Of a stretch of DNA of 64,000 nucleotides, positions 59,503 to 64,000 are shown one piece after another (position 1 is the stretch's first letter; each line of letters begins with the position of its first letter). Under the pieces are notes generated by a model. The model did no database searches and was not told where the DNA came from. It saw only the letters and a program-made list of their open reading frames with translations. The position numbers were made by a program, and so were the translations under genes. Source of the stretch: an uncultured Bacteroidota bacterium (GTDB lineage: Bacteria; Bacteroidota; Ignavibacteria; UBA10030; UBA6906); NCBI GenBank assembly GCA_963700635.1, contig CAVOYH010000003.1:1280001-1344000 (forward strand), written 5' to 3'.

Positions 59503-60651
59503 ATGCTCAAACGCCGCCAATTTATCCTGACAGGTGCCGGAGCCATTGCCGGATTGAACACGTCATTTCACCTCCAGCCGGTACGGGCTGCAAAGGGGAC
59601 AACGTCCCGCCGGATCCCCCTTGTGCACATCACTGACCTGTATCATCCTCCTCAGGATCCGGATGACCACATCGATCTGGCCACGGTTGCCGCACTGGAA
59701 GAATTCGATCTCAAGGGGGTGATTCTTGATGTCACCCGGAAATTTCTGGATGCTGCACCGGACGGATTTGACATCGCCCGTGATCCCGGATATGTTCCTG
59801 TTGCCCAGCTTTCTGCCATCATCGGGCGGGCCATCCCGGTCGCCACCGGTCCGCTCCGCCCCCTCACCGATGCGTCTGATACTGCCGCAGATCGCCCTCT
59901 TTCTGAGCAGGGCGGGATCAGACTGCTGCTCACGATCCTTGAAGAGAGTCCTGAGCCGGTGGTGCTCTCCATGGTCGGATCAGCACGTGTCCTGACGGCC
60001 GCGTTCAACAGGGAGCCGGAGCTGGTGCGCTCAAAGACACTCAGCGTCCTTCTCAACGCAGGATCAACCGCGGGCCCCAAACGGGAGTGGAATGTGGGTC
60101 TGGATCCTGCGGCGTACGCAGGGCTATGGAATTCGGGCCTTCCGATTCACTGGTATCCGTGCGCTACGGAACGGAGCGCTTTTAATCCTGACCATGAGCG
60201 CGGCACATACTGGAAGACGACCCATAGGGCGCTCTTCGGGAATCTCGCTCCCCCTCTGCGTGCCTGGTTCCGGTTTGGATTGACAGGAGAAATGAGGAGT
60301 GATGTGATTCGCGCGCTGGGAGAGGAAGGGGAACCTGAGGTGTGGGATGCCCTTCTCAAGGAATCCCGCAACATGTGGGCGACCGCTTCGCTCGTTATGG
60401 CGGCCGGGCGTGTTCTGGCAAAGACCCCTCAGGGGTGGCGGTTCGTTCCGGGCTCCGCATGGACCGATAAGGATTGCTGGCCCTGGAGGTTGGATCCTAT
60501 TCTTGCGTCCGTGAATCCTGAAGGACAGGTGCAATGGCAGGAAGTCAAACACGGGGGTAACGCGTGGCTCTTCGGACGGCAGCGTGGCGTTGCCTTCGGT
60601 GAGGCTATGGCGGAAGCGCTGGGCGCGCTGCTCGCTTCTGCTCCCTCGTGA
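59503..60651 (+). CDS. Tat-exported nucleoside hydrolase-like protein
   Basis: MLKRRQFIL twin-arginine signal; TDL...DPDD Asp motif and EWNV..DP.A typical of the IU nucleoside hydrolase fold; promoter TTGCAT-17-TAATTT at 59442-59470. Confidence 0.65.
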   Translation: MLKRRQFILTGAGAIAGLNTSFHLQPVRAAKGTTSRRIPLVHITDLYHPPQDPDDHIDLATVAALEEFDLKGVILDVTRKFLDAAPDGFDIARDPGYVPVAQLSAIIGRAIPVATGPLRPLTDASDTAADRPLSEQGGIRLLLTILEESPEPVVLSMVGSARVLTAAFNREPELVRSKTLSVLLNAGSTAGPKREWNVGLDPAAYAGLWNSGLPIHWYPCATERSAFNPDHERGTYWKTTHRALFGNLAPPLRAWFRFGLTGEMRSDVIRALGEEGEPEVWDALLKESRNMWATASLVMAAGRVLAKTPQGWRFVPGSAWTDKDCWPWRLDPILASVNPEGQVQWQEVKHGGNAWLFGRQRGVAFGEAMAEALGALLASAPS

Positions 60652-60730
60652 GAACTCCGACATCTACGCTGTGCCGATCCTATGGATCGTTCTGTATCCT
60701 CCGTGATCATTTTTACACCCTGAAGGCATC

Positions 60731-61519
60731 ATGATGAAACTTACCCTTTACCAGGTGGACGCCTTTACTGATACTCAGTTCCACGGCAACCCCGCTGCGG
60801 TGTGTCCGCTCACGGCCTGGCTTGATGATGAACTCCTCCAGGCAATCGCTGAAGAGAACAATTTATCAGAAACAGCTTTCTATGTCCCGGAAGGTGACCA
60901 CTTCCTTATTCGATGGTTCACGCCGATATGCGAAGTAGACCTGTGCGGCCATGCAACACTCGCAACGGGGTATGTGCTCTTCCATCACCGGAACTACGCC
61001 GGTCCGACAATCACTTTCTCATCCAGAAGCGGCAGGCTTACGGTGCGGAAAGAAGGTGAGAATCTTATTCTGGATTTCCCCGCCGACAATCCCGTACCCG
61101 TGCCATCTCCTCCCGGGCTTGCCGAAGCGATGGGTGTTCCTCCCCTGGAGGTGTATCGAGGCAAGGATGATTTTCTGGCGATCTACACGGATCAGACGGT
61201 TGTTGAGAACTTGCGGCCCGACTATGCCCGGGTCGAAAAGATCCCCTGCCGTGGCATCATTGTCACGGCTCCCGGAAACAATGTTGACTTCGTGTCACGA
61301 TTTTTCGGTCCGCAGTCGGGTATTGCCGAAGATCCGGTGACAGGTTCCGCACACACAACGCTGGTGCCGTACTGGTCAAAACGCCTTGGCAAAACGACCC
61401 TCCTTGCAACCCAGGTCTCGAAGCGGCGGGGTGATCTGCGATGTGTGTTGAAGGCAAACAGGGTGGAAATTGGAGGACGGGCCTGCACCTACATGGTCGG
61501 GGAGATCACTCTTCTTTGA
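60731..61519 (+). CDS. PhzF family isomerase
   Basis: VDAF...F.GNPAAV, NLSETAF, RWFTP..EVDLCGHATLA, EDPVTGSAH. Confidence 0.92.
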   Translation: MMKLTLYQVDAFTDTQFHGNPAAVCPLTAWLDDELLQAIAEENNLSETAFYVPEGDHFLIRWFTPICEVDLCGHATLATGYVLFHHRNYAGPTITFSSRSGRLTVRKEGENLILDFPADNPVPVPSPPGLAEAMGVPPLEVYRGKDDFLAIYTDQTVVENLRPDYARVEKIPCRGIIVTAPGNNVDFVSRFFGPQSGIAEDPVTGSAHTTLVPYWSKRLGKTTLLATQVSKRRGDLRCVLKANRVEIGGRACTYMVGEITLL

Positions 61520-61601
61520 GCACCGTGAGGGGAACCTCCTTGCCGGACCGTACGTTGTACATGGTACGCACGGAAGTGTTCCCCCGCACCGTGGCAATGG
61601 T

Positions 61602-61754
61602 ATGGTCATGGTAATGAGACGGACCGTCACCCGGAGTTTAACAGGATATTGTTGGTTTCCGCACGACATGAAGGGCGGTTGCCGGCAGGCTGTTATGTGA
61701 CAGAACGGATAATCATAGTCCGGTGCGAGCCCTTCCGTAACAAGAAGGGCTTTT
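61602..61754 (+). promoter_or_regulatory. Candidate leader peptide + attenuator upstream of cysK
   Basis: uORF 61602-61700 MVMVMRRTVTRSLTGYCWFPHDMKGGCRQAVM*; terminator AGCCCTTC-cgtaacaa-GAAGGGCT-TTT (61728-61754); competing GAAGGGC at 61670-61676. Confidence 0.5.
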
Positions 61755-61809
61755 CGCGTTCTTCCGGGGGGTCTTTGCTGATATCCACTACATCAAAATG
61801 AGGGATGGA

Positions 61810-62724
61810 ATGAGAGCGCAGACGATACTGGACACGATCGGGCGGACTCCGGTGGTCAGACTGAACCGGCTTTATGCAGACGGGGCGGAAGTGTGGATGA
61901 AGCTCGAACGGGCCAACCCCGGCGGGAGCATCAAGGATCGTATTGCACTTTCAATGGTCGAAGATGCGGAACGGCGGGGCATTCTGCGCAAGGGGAGTGT
62001 GATCATCGAGCCCACATCCGGCAATACCGGCATCGGTCTGGCGATGGTGGCCGCGGTGAAGGGTTACCGTCTCATCCTCGTCATGCCGGAATCCATGTCT
62101 GTTGAACGGCGCCGGCTGATGCTCGCCTACGGAGCCGAATTTGATCTTACTCCCAGGGAGAAAGGGATGAAAGGTGCAATCGAACGGGCCGGAGTTCTGG
62201 CAGGCTCGATACCTGATGCGTGGGTCCCCCAACAATTCGAGAACGAAGCAAATGTGGAAATCCACAGGAAGACAACTGCCCGGGAAATTCTTGAAGATTT
62301 TCCCGAAGGGATTGATGTCCTTATCACAGGCGTTGGCACTGGCGGGCATATTACAGGGGTGACCGAAATGGTGCGAAAGAAGTTCCCGAAGCTCGCCTCA
62401 TTCGCGGTGGAACCGGCTCTTTCGCCGGTCTTGAGCGGAGGCACACCCGGCGCACATCCCATTCAGGGAATCGGTGCCGGATTTGTCCCTGCAATCCTCA
62501 AGCAGGATCTCCTCACCGGAACCATTCAGGTCACAAAGGAAGAAGCGTACCAGTACACCGTCCGTGCAGCAAAAGAAGAGGGCCTCTTCGTTGGAATCTC
62601 TTCCGGGGCCTCGCTTGCCGCGGTGGCAAAAAAGCTGCCAGACCTTCCCCCGAAGAGCCGAATTCTGACATTCAATTATGACACAGGAGAGCGCTATCTC
62701 TCTATTGACGGTCTCTTTGCATAA
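61810..62724 (+). CDS. cysK: Cysteine synthase A
   Basis: [50 protein letters not shown]. Confidence 0.95.
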   Translation: MRAQTILDTIGRTPVVRLNRLYADGAEVWMKLERANPGGSIKDRIALSMVEDAERRGILRKGSVIIEPTSGNTGIGLAMVAAVKGYRLILVMPESMSVERRRLMLAYGAEFDLTPREKGMKGAIERAGVLAGSIPDAWVPQQFENEANVEIHRKTTAREILEDFPEGIDVLITGVGTGGHITGVTEMVRKKFPKLASFAVEPALSPVLSGGTPGAHPIQGIGAGFVPAILKQDLLTGTIQVTKEEAYQYTVRAAKEEGLFVGISSGASLAAVAKKLPDLPPKSRILTFNYDTGERYLSIDGLFA

Positions 62725-62774
62725 CCCGATACGATGTGCACGGGCTATCCATGCGTGCCCGGATGCTCACATGA

Positions 62775-62803
62775 TTGACATTGACGACCTGTTTATCTAG
62801 AAT
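62775..62803 (+). promoter_or_regulatory. Sigma70 promoter for the rsbW/rsbV-like operon
   Basis: TTGACA (62775-62780), 17 nt, TAGAAT (62798-62803). Confidence 0.65.
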
Positions 62804-62993
62804 ATTTTAACACGATCTGTTCTTTTGATGCTCACTTTTCTTGCGAGGAACTCCGCGCCATGGCAACGATCCGGGTGGTACTTTCGGATGTCTCCATATC
62901 CCCCTTTGGCGCCTCGCCGCATGCCCTTCACGACGCCACACCCGTCACCCGCCCAAATTCTCTCCCCGTTCAGAGTGTTCGACGAGGTGATCT

Positions 62994-63410
62994 ATGAGCA
63001 AAGCCGTAGCTCTGAAGATCACGCTCCCGCGTATTCCCGATATTGAACTTGTCGCTCTGGAGGGACTCGAGCGCCTTGCCCGCCACCTTGGTATCGCAGA
63101 AGATAAAATCGGGGAAGCCCGTATCGTGGTTACCGAGGCCATCATCAATGCCTTCGAACATTCGGGATCCGGAAATCAACCGGTCCGTGTGGAGTTTACC
63201 ATCACGGATGATACGCTTGTGGTGTTTGTTCGCGACGCCGGGAAAGGATTTCTGCCCTCGGAGGTCGAAGACCCTGATATTAAGGAAAAAATGGGATCGC
63301 AGAACAAGCGCGGATGGGGGTTGAAGCTTATGAAATCACTGAGTGATGGTTTCCGCATCGATTCAGGGAAGACGGGCACCACTATTACAATCACCAAACG
63401 AATGCGTTAA
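62994..63410 (+). CDS. Anti-sigma factor Ser/Thr kinase (RsbW-like)
   Basis: EAIINAFEH, RD.GKGF, RGWGL.LM..L.D HATPase_c_2 motifs. Confidence 0.88.
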   Translation: MSKAVALKITLPRIPDIELVALEGLERLARHLGIAEDKIGEARIVVTEAIINAFEHSGSGNQPVRVEFTITDDTLVVFVRDAGKGFLPSEVEDPDIKEKMGSQNKRGWGLKLMKSLSDGFRIDSGKTGTTITITKRMR

Positions 63411-63415
63411 ATACT

Positions 63416-63772
63416 ATGGAACAACCATTTAACCTGACAACAGAAGTCAAAGACGAGCGGCTGATCATCGCCACCTCCGGGTATGTGAATAATGTCGGGG
63501 GAGAGGCAATTGCCACGGAGTTTCAGAAACACTTTGGCACGGGCGTGCGCAACGTTATTATTAATCTCGCCGAGTCAAAAGTCGTAAACTCCGTCGGCAT
63601 GTCCTTCCTGATTGAAATCATCGAAAGCCTCAGCGAGGCTGGCGGACGGCTGATCTTCACGAATCTTGACCCCGCAGTCGAGAAGATGCTGTCCATCATG
63701 GGCCTCTTCTCGTATGCCGGCAAAGAGAACACGGTTGAGGATGCCCTTAGCGTACTTGCAAACCAAACATAG
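63416..63772 (+). CDS. STAS-domain anti-sigma factor antagonist (RsbV-like)
   Basis: IINL......NSVG, V..ML.IMGL; 118 aa; follows the RsbW-like gene. Confidence 0.88.
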   Translation: MEQPFNLTTEVKDERLIIATSGYVNNVGGEAIATEFQKHFGTGVRNVIINLAESKVVNSVGMSFLIEIIESLSEAGGRLIFTNLDPAVEKMLSIMGLFSYAGKENTVEDALSVLANQT

Positions 63773-63791
63773 GAAGGCGTGGAATCAGATT

Positions 63792-64000
63792 ATGTCCAAG
63801 GAAGTCCTGACCGGTCATCAGACTGCAACGATGGAGTTACTCCCGAAGGCGTACCGTAACGTTATGAAAAGTAACAGCATCCGGGAGCTCACGGAGCGTT
63901 TCAGAGTCTTCCTTCAGGAATGGGATGGAGGCGGGAACGTATCGCTGGATTACCGTGCCGCTGGAGAATCCGAATGGCAGTCCCTTGCGGGGGGGGATAC
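63792..64000 (+). CDS. Partial ORF, possibly an RsbU/SpoIIE-type phosphatase (context only)
   Basis: Frame open from ATG 63792 (MSKEVLTGHQTATMELLPKAY...) to the window end; function guessed from operon context. Confidence 0.4.
   Translation, partial: MSKEVLTGHQTATMELLPKAYRNVMKSNSIRELTERFRVFLQEWDGGGNVSLDYRAAGESEWQSLAGGD

Noticed and set aside
61520-61800. SAM riboswitch or T-box upstream of cysK
   Set aside because: I could not find SAM-I core or T-box consensus sequences; a leader-peptide model fits better.
62825-63046. 73-aa ORF ahead of the rsbW-like gene
   Set aside because: Overlaps rsbW out of frame, with no SD or motifs; treated as 5' UTR.

Overview
A chromosomal window of moderately high GC from a Gram-negative bacterium of the FCB group, probably Ignavibacteria-like. 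This rests on three proteins with T9SS/Por-type C-terminal domains, two TonB-dependent receptors and TTGACA/TATAAT-type promoters. I saw no rRNA, tRNA, CRISPR array or IS element. Most of the content is housekeeping or metabolic: MocR and a PLP aminotransferase, LacI-rbsK, serA, a GH42-like hydrolase, rhlE-typA, an SSS transporter, an M13 peptidase, an araB-araD-isomerase-ADH cluster, a metal TBDR/HMA locus, a MacAB-type ABC exporter, a two-component pair, an ars operon, cysK and rsbW/rsbV. The stand-out is a two-gene operon at 50242-56813: a membrane-anchored SPFH protein translationally coupled to a 1868-aa fusion. The fusion joins a degenerate aminotransferase domain, an intact PLP class I/II aminotransferase and a divergent PEP-carboxylase-like domain that keeps its catalytic motifs, making it a candidate single-chain PEP->oxaloacetate->aspartate enzyme. 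Other notable items are a split-Soret-type diheme cytochrome c with a Tat-like signal and a T9SS tail, an orphan Pycsar-type membrane effector, a candidate leader-peptide attenuator upstream of cysK, an internally deleted arsC and a GH3 gene remnant. All family calls come from motif recognition by eye; no database searches were run.
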